DNA of 64,000 bases from an uncultured Eubacteriales bacterium (GCA_900540495.1 UQGA01000002.1:61230-125229), one strand, 5' to 3'. Shown: positions 53,245-62,127, counted from the first letter of the stretch. A program made the numbers and translations. Notes: generated by a model from the letters alone, not told the origin.

Positions 53245-55896
53245 ATGAGGAACCGATTTGGGAGAGCTCTTGCGGCGCTGCTGGCCATGGCGCTGCTCCT
53301 TGCGACGCTGCCGGGCGCGACGACGGCGCAGGCGACGGACGCAGCGGAAACGGCGGCGGAGGCGCTGCCGCTCGTGCTTACGCTCCCCGCGCAGCCGGAG
53401 GGCGCCGTCGTGGCGGACGCCGCCTCCGTAACGGATCTGTCTGAGCGATTGACGGACGGCAACGCCAATACGCGCGTTCCCTGCGCGCTGGGCGAGACGA
53501 TCCGGGCCGACTGGCCGGACGCCGGGCAGGCGGCGGGGACGCTGTATCTGGAATGGCATGCCGCGCCGGCGGACGGCTATACGCTCGTGCAGTACGGGGC
53601 GGCCGGGGAGGAACTGTCGCGCGAACTGGTCAGGGATGGCATCCTGAACCGGACGTTCACGCTCGAGGCGGGGTGCAGCGGCGTCGAACTGCTCGTGGGA
53701 GACGGGCTTATCCCGCAGGAGGAGACGGAGTCGCAACGAAAGGAACGGCTGAGCGAGGATCGCATGGCGCTTTCCGGGCTGACCGTTTATGGCGAGGGCG
53801 TCCTGCCGGCAACGGTGCAGCAGTGGACGACAGGCGATCCGGAGCCGGATGTGCTGCTCGTCGTCGCCCAACCGGGGGAGGAATTTACCGTATTTGGCGG
53901 GCTGCTGCCGGTGCTGCTCGATCATGGGGCGGACGTGCGCGTGCTGTTCATGACGGAGACGACGGCGCAGGCGCGCAGCGAGTCGTTCGCGGCGCTGTAT
54001 GCGCTGGGGCTGCGCGCGCAGCCCATCGTCGCCGGGTTTACCGGCCGCGGCGGCACGGATTACGACATGCTGCGCGGCAAGAAGGAATGGGGCGCGGGCG
54101 AAGCGCCCAGCCGCGTGCTGGAGGATATCATCGGCGCGCTGCGGCCGGCGGTCGTCGTCACCTATTCGAGCGACCGCGCGCAGGAGAACGGCATGCACCG
54201 CCTCACCGGCGAGGCGGTGGAGGACGCGCTCGCCGCGCTCGCCGGCGGGGAGGAGACCTCCTGGCAGCCGCAGAAGTTTTACATGCTGGCCACGGCGCAG
54301 CAGACGGCGGAGGCGGCGCAGGCCACCGTGCCGGATACCGCGGCGCCGCTTGTTGCCTACGGCGGGCAGAGCGCCGATGCGCTCGCGCAGCGGGCGCTGG
54401 ATACCGGCTATGCCTCGCAGGCGGTGCTGCGCCCGCAGGCCGCCGCGGGGTGCGCCTACCGGCTCGTGACGAGCGCCGTCGGCGCGGATACCGGCGCGGA
54501 CCTGCTCGAGCACATCGACGTGCCGCCCGCGCCGACCGCCACGCCGGAGCCGACGCCGGAACCCACGCCGGAGCCGACGATGGAGCCCACGCCGGAGCCC
54601 ACGGCGGAACCGGCGGCCGCGCCGGCGGGGACGGATGCGGCCGGCGGCGCGCTGGCGGGCCTTGCCGGCGTGACGCAGGAGCGGCTGCTGCTCATGGGCA
54701 CGCTCGTGCTCGCCGGGCTGGCCGGGACGCTCGCGCTGCTGCTGTGGCGCAGCCGCCGCCCGGCCGCGGCGCGGAAGGGGAAGCGGCCCGCGCCGCATGT
54801 GGCCGTGTGCCTGCTGCCGCTGCTTGCCATGCTGCTCGCCGCGGCGCTGTTGCTGCTTTTGCCGGGGGCGGACGCGCAGCAGGCGGCCGGCGCGCAGGGC
54901 GAAGCGGCGCTGCCGGAGCAGACGAGCGCGCCGCAGGCGCCCGCCACGGCCGCGCCGGCGGAAGAACCCACGCCGGAGCCGACGATAGAGCCCACGCCGG
55001 AGCCCACGCCGCACCCGTGGGCGGAGTATTTCCGCGCGGAGGACGACCCGGAGGAGGTCGTGGTGGCCGATGCGGAGCGGGGCGTGTGGGAATACCGCAC
55101 CGATACGCTCTCCATCCTGATCGAGCGCCGCTCTAACGACAAGCCCATGACCTATTTCGTGGCGCACATCCGCATGCGCGACGTCGATTCGTTCCGCGCC
55201 GTTTTCTCAAACGCGCTGCAAAACGGCGGCGGCCCCAAGCAGATGCCGTGGAAGGTCGCGCGCATGAACAAGGCGGTGCTGCTCATTACGGGCGACAACC
55301 TCATCCATCAGGAGAAGGAGGATAAGGGCGTGATGATCCGCAACGGCTTCCTCTATTATGAGGGCCAGGCGTCGGATACCCTGGCGCTCTATCCGGACAT
55401 GAGCATGCGCGTGTTCGACCGCAAGACCGTCACCGCGCAGGAGCTGCTCGAGGCCGGCGTGCTCAACAGCTACGGCTTCATGTACGACCCCATCCTCGTG
55501 CGCGACGGCGCGATCGTGGAATCCGTGGCGTCCAGCCGGATCAAGGGCAACAACCCGCGCACCGGCATCGGCATGGTGGAGCCGGGGCACTTTGTGGCCA
55601 TCGTCGTGGACGGGCGGCAGGCCAAGGTCAAGGTCGACGGCGAGACCGTGCCCTACAGTGCCGGCGCGACGATGACGGAGCTTGCGCAGCTGTTCCTCGA
55701 CGAGGGCTGCACCGTCGCCTACAACCTCGACGGCGGCATCTCCGCGTGCATGGTGTTCATGGGCGAACAGATCAACACCCACCTGGGCGAGGGGGAGAGC
55801 TACCAGCGCTCCATGCCCGAGGCGATGGCCTGGGGCTATTCGGACCTGGTGCCATCCGTGGACGATCCGGTCACCGGCACGGGCGAGCGGAAGTAG
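53245..55896 (+). CDS. Mosaic envelope protein: signal peptide, N-terminal sugar-binding-like and degenerate PIG-L/LmbE-like region, central TM hairpin with Pro-rich linkers, C-terminal phosphodiester glycosidase (DUF2233/NAGPA) domain
   Basis: 883 aa. Signal ALLAMALLLATLPGATTAQA. LLVVAQPGEEFTVFGG sits where LmbE enzymes have AHPDDE. TM helices LLLMGTLVLAGLAGTLALLLW and VAVCLLPLLAMLLAAALLLLL. C-terminal region is DUF2233-like (AYNLDGGIS). Confidence 0.65.
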   Translation: MRNRFGRALAALLAMALLLATLPGATTAQATDAAETAAEALPLVLTLPAQPEGAVVADAASVTDLSERLTDGNANTRVPCALGETIRADWPDAGQAAGTLYLEWHAAPADGYTLVQYGAAGEELSRELVRDGILNRTFTLEAGCSGVELLVGDGLIPQEETESQRKERLSEDRMALSGLTVYGEGVLPATVQQWTTGDPEPDVLLVVAQPGEEFTVFGGLLPVLLDHGADVRVLFMTETTAQARSESFAALYALGLRAQPIVAGFTGRGGTDYDMLRGKKEWGAGEAPSRVLEDIIGALRPAVVVTYSSDRAQENGMHRLTGEAVEDALAALAGGEETSWQPQKFYMLATAQQTAEAAQATVPDTAAPLVAYGGQSADALAQRALDTGYASQAVLRPQAAAGCAYRLVTSAVGADTGADLLEHIDVPPAPTATPEPTPEPTPEPTMEPTPEPTAEPAAAPAGTDAAGGALAGLAGVTQERLLLMGTLVLAGLAGTLALLLWRSRRPAAARKGKRPAPHVAVCLLPLLAMLLAAALLLLLPGADAQQAAGAQGEAALPEQTSAPQAPATAAPAEEPTPEPTIEPTPEPTPHPWAEYFRAEDDPEEVVVADAERGVWEYRTDTLSILIERRSNDKPMTYFVAHIRMRDVDSFRAVFSNALQNGGGPKQMPWKVARMNKAVLLITGDNLIHQEKEDKGVMIRNGFLYYEGQASDTLALYPDMSMRVFDRKTVTAQELLEAGVLNSYGFMYDPILVRDGAIVESVASSRIKGNNPRTGIGMVEPGHFVAIVVDGRQAKVKVDGETVPYSAGATMTELAQLFLDEGCTVAYNLDGGISACMVFMGEQINTHLGEGESYQRSMPEAMAWGYSDLVPSVDDPVTGTGERK
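54541..54612 (+). repeat. Six tandem 12-nt units encoding (T-P-E-P)n linker
   Basis: acgccggagccg / acgccggaaccc / acgccggagccg / acgatggagccc / acgccggagccc / acggcggaaccg. Confidence 0.9.
54967..55014 (+). repeat. Second (P-T-P-E)n tandem 12-nt repeat block
   Basis: cccacgccggag / ccgacgatagag / cccacgccggag / cccacgccgcac. Confidence 0.85.
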
Positions 55897-55927
55897 GCCG
55901 CTTTTCGCCCGGCGGCAAAACTTGCCG

Positions 55928-55956
55928 TTGCAAAGCCCCTGATCCTGCGGTACAAT
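55928..55956 (+). promoter_or_regulatory. Predicted promoter placing +1 on the ATG of the VanZ gene
   Basis: TTGCAA (55928-55933), 17 nt, TACAAT (55951-55956), 6 nt, ATG (55963). No SD is present. Confidence 0.5.
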
Positions 55957-55962
55957 GTGTGC

Positions 55963-56646
55963 ATGGAACGCAGGATGGTTCTCAGACGCGCCGCCGCCTG
56001 CCTGCTGTATGCAGCGGCGGCGTTTCTTATGTTGCAGATGTTCGATCTGCCGCTTCCGGAGCTGGGCCCGCGCTGGCGGGACTGGGTGCCGGTTGCGGTG
56101 CTGACGTTGCTGCTCGCCCTGTTGGCCACATCGCTGATGACCAGCGCGCTGCCGGATGCAAAGGAGCGGGTGCAGGCGGCGCGTTTCTGCCTCTGGATGT
56201 TGTTCACCGCATATGCGGCGCTGCTGCTGTACGTGCTGTTTTTGAGCCGCCGTGACGACATGCTGTCCGATTGGGACGCCTACCGGCGTTACGGCGTCAA
56301 CCTGCGGCCGTTTGCCACGGTGTCGCGCTACGTGCGCGCTCTGTGGCGCGGCGCCATCCCGCTGACGGCGCTGGCCAATCTTCTCGGCAACCTTGTGCTG
56401 TTCGTGCCCATGGGCGTGCTGCTGCCGCTGCTGTTCAGGCCCATGCGGCGGCTGCTGCCGTTTTTGGGCGTCATGCTGGCGCTGCTGCTTGCGGTGGAAG
56501 CCCTGCAGCTTGCGCTGCGATGCGGCAGTTGCGATGTGGACGACGTGATCCTGAACCTTGCCGGCGCGCTTGCCGCCCGGCTCTGGCTGCGCCTGCCGCC
56601 CCTGCGACGGCTCCTCGACAGCGGCGGTTGCCTGCCGGCGCCGTAA
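55963..56646 (+). CDS. VanZ family membrane protein
   Basis: VanZ-like motifs NLLGNLVLFVPMG and DVDDVILNLAGA. Start options are GTG 55957, ATG 55963 and ATG 55975. I prefer 55963 from the promoter geometry. Confidence 0.75.
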   Translation: MERRMVLRRAAACLLYAAAAFLMLQMFDLPLPELGPRWRDWVPVAVLTLLLALLATSLMTSALPDAKERVQAARFCLWMLFTAYAALLLYVLFLSRRDDMLSDWDAYRRYGVNLRPFATVSRYVRALWRGAIPLTALANLLGNLVLFVPMGVLLPLLFRPMRRLLPFLGVMLALLLAVEALQLALRCGSCDVDDVILNLAGALAARLWLRLPPLRRLLDSGGCLPAP

Positions 56647-56697
56647 GGCGGCTTGCCGGTCCGGGATTGTTGCGGGAGAAGGCTTTGGGACCACGGC

Positions 56698-56726
56698 TTG
56701 CAACGGGTGGCCGCTTGTGGTATGAT
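56698..56726 (+). promoter_or_regulatory. Predicted promoter placing +1 on the ATG of the polysaccharide deacetylase gene
   Basis: TTGCAA (56698-56703), 17 nt, TGg-TATGAT (56718-56726), 6 nt, ATG (56733). No SD is present. Confidence 0.55.
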
Positions 56727-56732
56727 TTCGAC

Positions 56733-57713
56733 ATGAAACGACATCGCAGGATACGCATTCGCCCGTTGGGGGCGCTGTTCCTCCTCATCATCGCCCTGCT
56801 GCTGGTGCTGACGGTGGTGCTTGTTGTGCGCCTGTCCGGCGGCGGGGACGCCGAGCAGGCCGGCCCGGCGGAGACGGTCATACCCGATGAGGGGGCCGAC
56901 CTCGAGGCGGAGACGCCGGCCATGCCGGCGGCCACGGCGGAACCCAGCATCATGGAGGACTGGTATCTGGAGCGGTGCGCGCAGCTCAGACGCTATCTCA
57001 CCGCTTACGGCGGATATGAGGACGAGGCGGCGGTGGAGGCCGCCATCGAGGCCATGAACATCGATCCGGACGGCAAGATGGTCGCCATCACGTTTGACGA
57101 CGGGCCGGACCCGTACCATACGCCGCGCATCCTTGAAACGCTGCGGCAGTATAACGCACGGGCCACCTTCTTTGTGCTGGGGCAGCAGATCCCCGGCAAC
57201 TATGGGATTCTGGAGGATATCCTTGGCGCCGGTTGCGAAATTGGCAATCATACGCAGGCGCATACCGATCTGCGCGCCGTCAGTGCGGAGGAGGCGCGCG
57301 AAGCCATCGTGTCGGTCAATGAAACGCTCAAGGAGTTGTTCGATTACGACGTAAAGCTGCTGCGCCCGCCATATGGCAGCTACAAGACCGACGATGACCG
57401 CATCAAAACGCTGGCCAGGGAACTCGGCCTGTCCATTATCATGTGGCGCCGCAGTACGGACGATTCGTTGACGCCGCGCCCGACCGTCGATCAGATCGTT
57501 GAACGGGCGCTGGCCGAATGGGATGAGAACGGCACCGGCCTCAACGGGGCGATCATCCTGTTCCACGATCGGTATGACGAAACGGTGGAGGCGATTGCGC
57601 GCATTGTGCCGGCGTTGCAGGAGCAGGGCTATCAGCTCGTTACCGTATCGGAACTGTTGCAGACCGATGAGGGCGGCATGAATCCGGGCGGGGTATACCG
57701 CTTTAAGGGATAG
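56733..57713 (+). CDS. Polysaccharide deacetylase (NodB/CE4), N-terminal membrane anchor
   Basis: 326 aa. TM LGALFLLIIALLLVLTVVLVV. CE4 motifs ITFDDGP, GNHTQAHTDL, LLRPPYG. Confidence 0.85.
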   Translation: MKRHRRIRIRPLGALFLLIIALLLVLTVVLVVRLSGGGDAEQAGPAETVIPDEGADLEAETPAMPAATAEPSIMEDWYLERCAQLRRYLTAYGGYEDEAAVEAAIEAMNIDPDGKMVAITFDDGPDPYHTPRILETLRQYNARATFFVLGQQIPGNYGILEDILGAGCEIGNHTQAHTDLRAVSAEEAREAIVSVNETLKELFDYDVKLLRPPYGSYKTDDDRIKTLARELGLSIIMWRRSTDDSLTPRPTVDQIVERALAEWDENGTGLNGAIILFHDRYDETVEAIARIVPALQEQGYQLVTVSELLQTDEGGMNPGGVYRFKG

Positions 57714-57738
57714 AACGGCGTTCCGCCCGTTGCGCTAT

Positions 57739-57761
57739 GGCCGCGTTGCGGCCTTTTGTTT
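57739..57761 (+). terminator. Rho-independent terminator after the deacetylase gene
   Basis: GGCCGC-gtt-GCGGCC followed by TTTTGTTT. Confidence 0.6.
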
Positions 57762-57825
57762 GGCGCAGGCGCCGGCAGAGGCGGGATCACCCGGAAATGG
57801 ACACGAAAAGGCAAAGAGGTACGCG

Positions 57826-59292
57826 ATGGAGACGACGGATACGGCTGGATACGACACACAGGAGCCGGCGGGCGCCGACGAGCAGGACCGGACGGTCGAG
57901 GAGGCCAAGCGGAAGCAGGCGGAGCTGTTTGAGGTGATGCCCATTCCGCGCGCCGTCATGAAGCTCGTGCTGCCGACCATTGCGGCTTCGCTCGTCACGG
58001 TGCTCTACAGCCTTGCGGACACCTATTTTGTCGGGCTGCTCAACCAGCCGGTGCAGACGGCCGCCGTCACGCTGGCGGCGCCGGTTCTGCTGGCGTTCTA
58101 TGCGGTCAACAACCTGTTCGGCGTGGGCAGTGCGAGCATGATGGGCCGTGCGCTCGGCCGCCGGGATTACGATGCGGTGCGCGCCAGCGCCGCATTCGGT
58201 TTTTATGGCGCATTGGCGTGCAGCCTGCTGTTTTCGCTGCTTTGCGCGGTGTTCCAGCGGCCGTTGCTGCTGCTGCTTGGCGCGGACGCCACGACGCTGC
58301 CGGTCACGGCGCGCTACCTGAACTGGACGGTGACGGCGGGCGCGGCGCCGGCCATTTTGAACGTGGTGCTCGCCTATATGATCCGCTCCGAGGGCGCGTC
58401 CCTGCACGCGAGCATCGGTACGATGAGCGGCGCGCTGCTCAATATCGTGCTTGATCCGATCTTTGTGTTGCCATGGGGCCTGGATCTCGGCGCAGAGGGC
58501 GCGGCGCTGGCCACATTCCTTTCCAACTGCGTTGCGCTGCTGTATTTCCTGATCTATCTGCGCGTCCGCCGGAGCGCGACCAACATCCGCCTGTCCCCGC
58601 GCTGGCTGCGCCTGCGGCGCGACATCGTATTGGGCGTGTGCGGGGTCGGGGTGCCCGCCGCGGTGCAGAATTTGCTCAATGTGGTCGCCTCGTCCGCGAT
58701 TAACGCGCTGGCGGCGCCCTTCGGCGCGGAGGCCCTTGCCGCCATGGGCATCTGTACGCGCGTGTCCATGGTGCCCATGTATGTGGCGCTGGGGCTCTCG
58801 CAGGGGCTCATGCCGCTGGTGAGCTACAACTATGCCTCCGGCAACGCTTCCCGGCTCAAGGGGGGCCTGTGGTTCGCGGCCCGGATTGACCTCGCCATCT
58901 TGTTGAGCCTTGGCGCGGTGTTGTTTGCCGCGCCGGATGTGGTGGTGCGCGCTTTTTTGAACGATTCGGCCACCGTCGCGTATGGAGCCGTATTCCTGCG
59001 CGGGCTGACGCTGCCCCTGCCTGCGATGGGGCTGGACTTTTTGGCCGTGGCCGTGTTTCAGGCCACGGGCATGGGGCGCGAATCGCTGCTGTTCGCCATC
59101 CTGCGCAAACTCGTCTTTGAGATTCCGGCGCTGTATCTGCTCAATGCGGCCTGGCCGCTGTACGGGCTTTCCTATGCCCAGTTCGTCTCCGAGACGCTCA
59201 CGGCCGTGCTCGCAATGATCGTACTGCTGCGCTTTTTGCGCCGCTTCACCCGTGGGGGCGATGCCCCGCAGGACGGTGCGATTGCGACTTGA
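57826..59292 (+). CDS. MATE family efflux transporter
   Basis: 488 aa from METTDTAGYD (AAGAGGT upstream). 12-TM MATE pattern (PTIAASLVTVLYSLADTYFVG). Confidence 0.85.
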   Translation: METTDTAGYDTQEPAGADEQDRTVEEAKRKQAELFEVMPIPRAVMKLVLPTIAASLVTVLYSLADTYFVGLLNQPVQTAAVTLAAPVLLAFYAVNNLFGVGSASMMGRALGRRDYDAVRASAAFGFYGALACSLLFSLLCAVFQRPLLLLLGADATTLPVTARYLNWTVTAGAAPAILNVVLAYMIRSEGASLHASIGTMSGALLNIVLDPIFVLPWGLDLGAEGAALATFLSNCVALLYFLIYLRVRRSATNIRLSPRWLRLRRDIVLGVCGVGVPAAVQNLLNVVASSAINALAAPFGAEALAAMGICTRVSMVPMYVALGLSQGLMPLVSYNYASGNASRLKGGLWFAARIDLAILLSLGAVLFAAPDVVVRAFLNDSATVAYGAVFLRGLTLPLPAMGLDFLAVAVFQATGMGRESLLFAILRKLVFEIPALYLLNAAWPLYGLSYAQFVSETLTAVLAMIVLLRFLRRFTRGGDAPQDGAIAT

Positions 59293-59429
59293 CGTTGCGT
59301 CAGGCCGGCCGGCGCCGCGCCCCCTGCCGGCACGGCGCATATTTATACATGTATCCGGCTTTACACCATGTTAAAACAATCTGGCCGGCATTGCCGCATG
59401 GGCAAACATGCAATAAGATGCAAATGCGG

Positions 59430-59458
59430 TTGCATGGGGTTGGATTTTGCAGTATAAT
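59430..59458 (+). promoter_or_regulatory. Predicted promoter of the PlsC-like acyltransferase gene
   Basis: TTGCAT (59430-59435), 17 nt, TATAAT (59453-59458), in an AT-rich island. Confidence 0.55.
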
Positions 59459-59546
59459 GATCTGTAAATATTTGATGAACAACTCTGCCGTCGGTTGACC
59501 GAGCGCGCGTGCGCCCGCTTCGGGCGGCGCCGGAAGGGGGCTGCCG

Positions 59547-60713
59547 ATGGCTTCCCATTCGTTTCATGTCCGCATCAACCGCTTTCTCAAACGGACGCTT
59601 GGCGGCCCCATTTGCCGGGCGGTTGGGTTTTCCGCGCCCGTTTGCGCACCGGGGTGCGCACCCATGCTCGTGGTCGCCAACCATAACATGGATTACGACC
59701 CCATTCTTGTAAGCATGGCGTTCGACGATCACCTGTATTTTGTCGCCAGCGAGCATGTGTTCCGCTGGGGCCTGCTTTCCCGCCTGCTGGTATGGGCGTT
59801 TGCCCCCATCGCGCGGATGAAGGGCACGGCGGACGCCCAGTCCGCCATGCAGATCCTTCGCACGCTGCGCAAGGGCCGGAACGTGTGCCTGTTTGCGGAG
59901 GGCAACCGCTCGTTCAACGGCGTGACCGGACCGATCTATCCGGCCACGGGCAAGCTGGCGCGCGCTTCGCGCGCCTCGCTGGCGACCTACCGGCTGCGGG
60001 GCGGCTATCTGTCCACGCCGCGCTGGGCGCTCACCCGGCGCAGGGGCGGCGTCACGGGCGAACTCGTGCATGTGTACAAACCCGAACAGCTCGCCGGCAT
60101 GACGGATGAACAGGTCAACGCGGCCATTGCCGCCGATTTGTACGAGGATGCGTTTGAGAGCCAGCGCCAGCGCGAGCGAATGCTGCGCTACCGGGGCAAG
60201 CGGCTGGCAGAGGGCCTCGAATACGCGCTGTACCTGTGCCCGCGCTGCGGCGGCGTCGGCACGCTGCATGGCAAGGATGACCGGTTTACGTGCAGTTGCG
60301 GCCTCTCCGTGCGCTACAACGAGTACGGATTTTTTGAAGGGGACGACGTGCCGTTTGCGACCGTGCGCGACTGGGACGCCTGGCAGCGCGCCGGGACGAG
60401 GCAGCTTGCCGCCAGGGCGGAGGCGACCCCGGACGAACCCGTGTTTTCCGACCCTGCGCAGCGGCTTTTGCGCATTGACGGCGGGCGGCACCGCACCGCC
60501 TGCGTGGCGGAGGGGACGCTCTCGCTGTCGGCCTCCACGCTGCGCGTAGGGGAAGCGGCCTTCCCCCTCGACGAGGTGACCGACCTTGCGCTGTGCGGCC
60601 GGGCGTGCATGGTCTTTTTCTCCGGCGGCACGCAATATGAGATCGGGGCAAAGCCGCCGTGCTGTGGCTATAAATATGCCATTCTTCTGCAATACCTGAA
60701 AGAACAGAGGTGA
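59547..60713 (+). CDS. Lysophospholipid (PlsC-like) acyltransferase with a C-terminal zinc-ribbon-containing extension
   Basis: 388 aa. NHNMDYD (HX4D) and FAEGNRS motifs. The C-terminal half carries CPRCGG...FTCSCG. Confidence 0.7.
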   Translation: MASHSFHVRINRFLKRTLGGPICRAVGFSAPVCAPGCAPMLVVANHNMDYDPILVSMAFDDHLYFVASEHVFRWGLLSRLLVWAFAPIARMKGTADAQSAMQILRTLRKGRNVCLFAEGNRSFNGVTGPIYPATGKLARASRASLATYRLRGGYLSTPRWALTRRRGGVTGELVHVYKPEQLAGMTDEQVNAAIAADLYEDAFESQRQRERMLRYRGKRLAEGLEYALYLCPRCGGVGTLHGKDDRFTCSCGLSVRYNEYGFFEGDDVPFATVRDWDAWQRAGTRQLAARAEATPDEPVFSDPAQRLLRIDGGRHRTACVAEGTLSLSASTLRVGEAAFPLDEVTDLALCGRACMVFFSGGTQYEIGAKPPCCGYKYAILLQYLKEQR

Positions 60714-62113
60714 CCGGTTTGGAATTCAGCGCAAACAATACCGCATTGTGGAACTTCGTGATCCAGCTTGGCATCATCGCCCTGGCGATCCTGTTTGCCA
60801 CGCTGCTGCGGCGCAAGCTCCCCTTTATCCGCAGGACGATGATGCCGACGGCCGTGCTGGCCGGCTTTCTGCTGCTGCTGGCGCGCAGCGTCGGCCTGCT
60901 GGAGCTCGACCTCGAGTTCCTGGAAATGACCACCTATCATGGCATTGCCGTGGGCTTTATCGCCATGTCGTTGCGCGTTCCGAAGGAAAGGACGAAGGGC
61001 GGCGGTGGGCTGGTCGGCGCCAAGAGCGGCGCGCTGATCGTGAGCACATACCTGGTGCAGGCGCTGCTGGGGCTGGCCATTTCCATCGGCCTTGCGTATA
61101 CGTTCATGCCGGGGTTGTTCAAGGCATCGGGCATCCTGCTGCCGATGGGATACGGACAGGGGCCCGGCCAGGCGAACAACATTGGCTCGAGCTACGAGGC
61201 GCTGGGCTTTGCGGGCGGGCGGTCGTTCGGCCTGTCGCTTGCGGCGGCCGGGTATCTGTGCGCCTGCATCGTGGGCGTGATTTATATCAACGTCCTGCGC
61301 CGCCGTGGCCGCGTGGGCGGCACGGGCGAGACGGTCAGCGCCGTCACCGTGGATGATTTTGAAAACCGTGGCGAGATCCCCGTATCCGAGTCCATCGACC
61401 GATTCTCCGTGCAGGTCATGCTGGTTGGCATGGTCTACCTGCTGACGTATCTGGTTTCGCGCGGCATTGATTCACTCGTTGCGGCGGTCGCGCCGGGACT
61501 CACGGCCACGGTATCGCCGCTGCTCTGGGGGTTCAACTTCATCGTGGGCTCGGCGCTGGCCATGCTTGTGCGCGCCTGTATGGGGCTGCTGCGGCGCGCC
61601 AACGTCATGACCCGCCAGTACCAGAACAACTATCTGCTCTCGCGCATCTCCGGCGTGGCGTTCGACCTGATGATCGTTGCGGGCATTGCGTCGATCAACA
61701 TCGAGGATTTGTCCGGCCTGTGGGTGCCGTTCCTGCTGATGGCCGTAGCCGGCGGCGCCGTGACGCTATTCTATCTGCAATGGGTATGCAAGCGGATCTA
61801 TCCGGATTATTATTATGAGGGGCTGGTCTCCATGTACGGCATGTTGACCGGCACGATCAGCTCCGGCGTGCTGCTGCTGCGCGAGATCGACGACACGTTT
61901 GAAACGCCGGCAGCCAACAACCTCGTGCTGGGCTCGAGCTTCGGCATTCTGTTTGGTGCGCCGATGCTCGTGCTCATCGGCCTCGCGCCCGATTCGGACG
62001 CGATGCTGTTCCTCGTGGTGGGCCTGTGCGCGGTCTATCTGGCGGCGCTGCTGCTGTTCATGCTCCGTGCGGGCACCGGCAGGAGGCGCAAGCGGCGCGA
62101 GAAGCAGGCCTGA
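60710..62113 (+). CDS. Sodium/glutamate symporter (GltS/ESS) family transporter
   Basis: 467 aa, polytopic. GltS-like N-terminus (LLRRKLPFIRRTMMPTAVLAGFLLL). GTGA overlap with the upstream gene. An alternative TTG start is at 60719. Confidence 0.6.
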   Translation: MTGLEFSANNTALWNFVIQLGIIALAILFATLLRRKLPFIRRTMMPTAVLAGFLLLLARSVGLLELDLEFLEMTTYHGIAVGFIAMSLRVPKERTKGGGGLVGAKSGALIVSTYLVQALLGLAISIGLAYTFMPGLFKASGILLPMGYGQGPGQANNIGSSYEALGFAGGRSFGLSLAAAGYLCACIVGVIYINVLRRRGRVGGTGETVSAVTVDDFENRGEIPVSESIDRFSVQVMLVGMVYLLTYLVSRGIDSLVAAVAPGLTATVSPLLWGFNFIVGSALAMLVRACMGLLRRANVMTRQYQNNYLLSRISGVAFDLMIVAGIASINIEDLSGLWVPFLLMAVAGGAVTLFYLQWVCKRIYPDYYYEGLVSMYGMLTGTISSGVLLLREIDDTFETPAANNLVLGSSFGILFGAPMLVLIGLAPDSDAMLFLVVGLCAVYLAALLLFMLRAGTGRRRKRREKQA

Positions 62114-62127
62114 ATCGGCGGGATCAA

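Noticed and set aside
54541-55014. Tandem repeats considered as a CRISPR-like or non-coding array.
   Set aside because: The units are 12 nt, contiguous, in frame and encode TPEP linkers inside a long ORF. There are no spacers.
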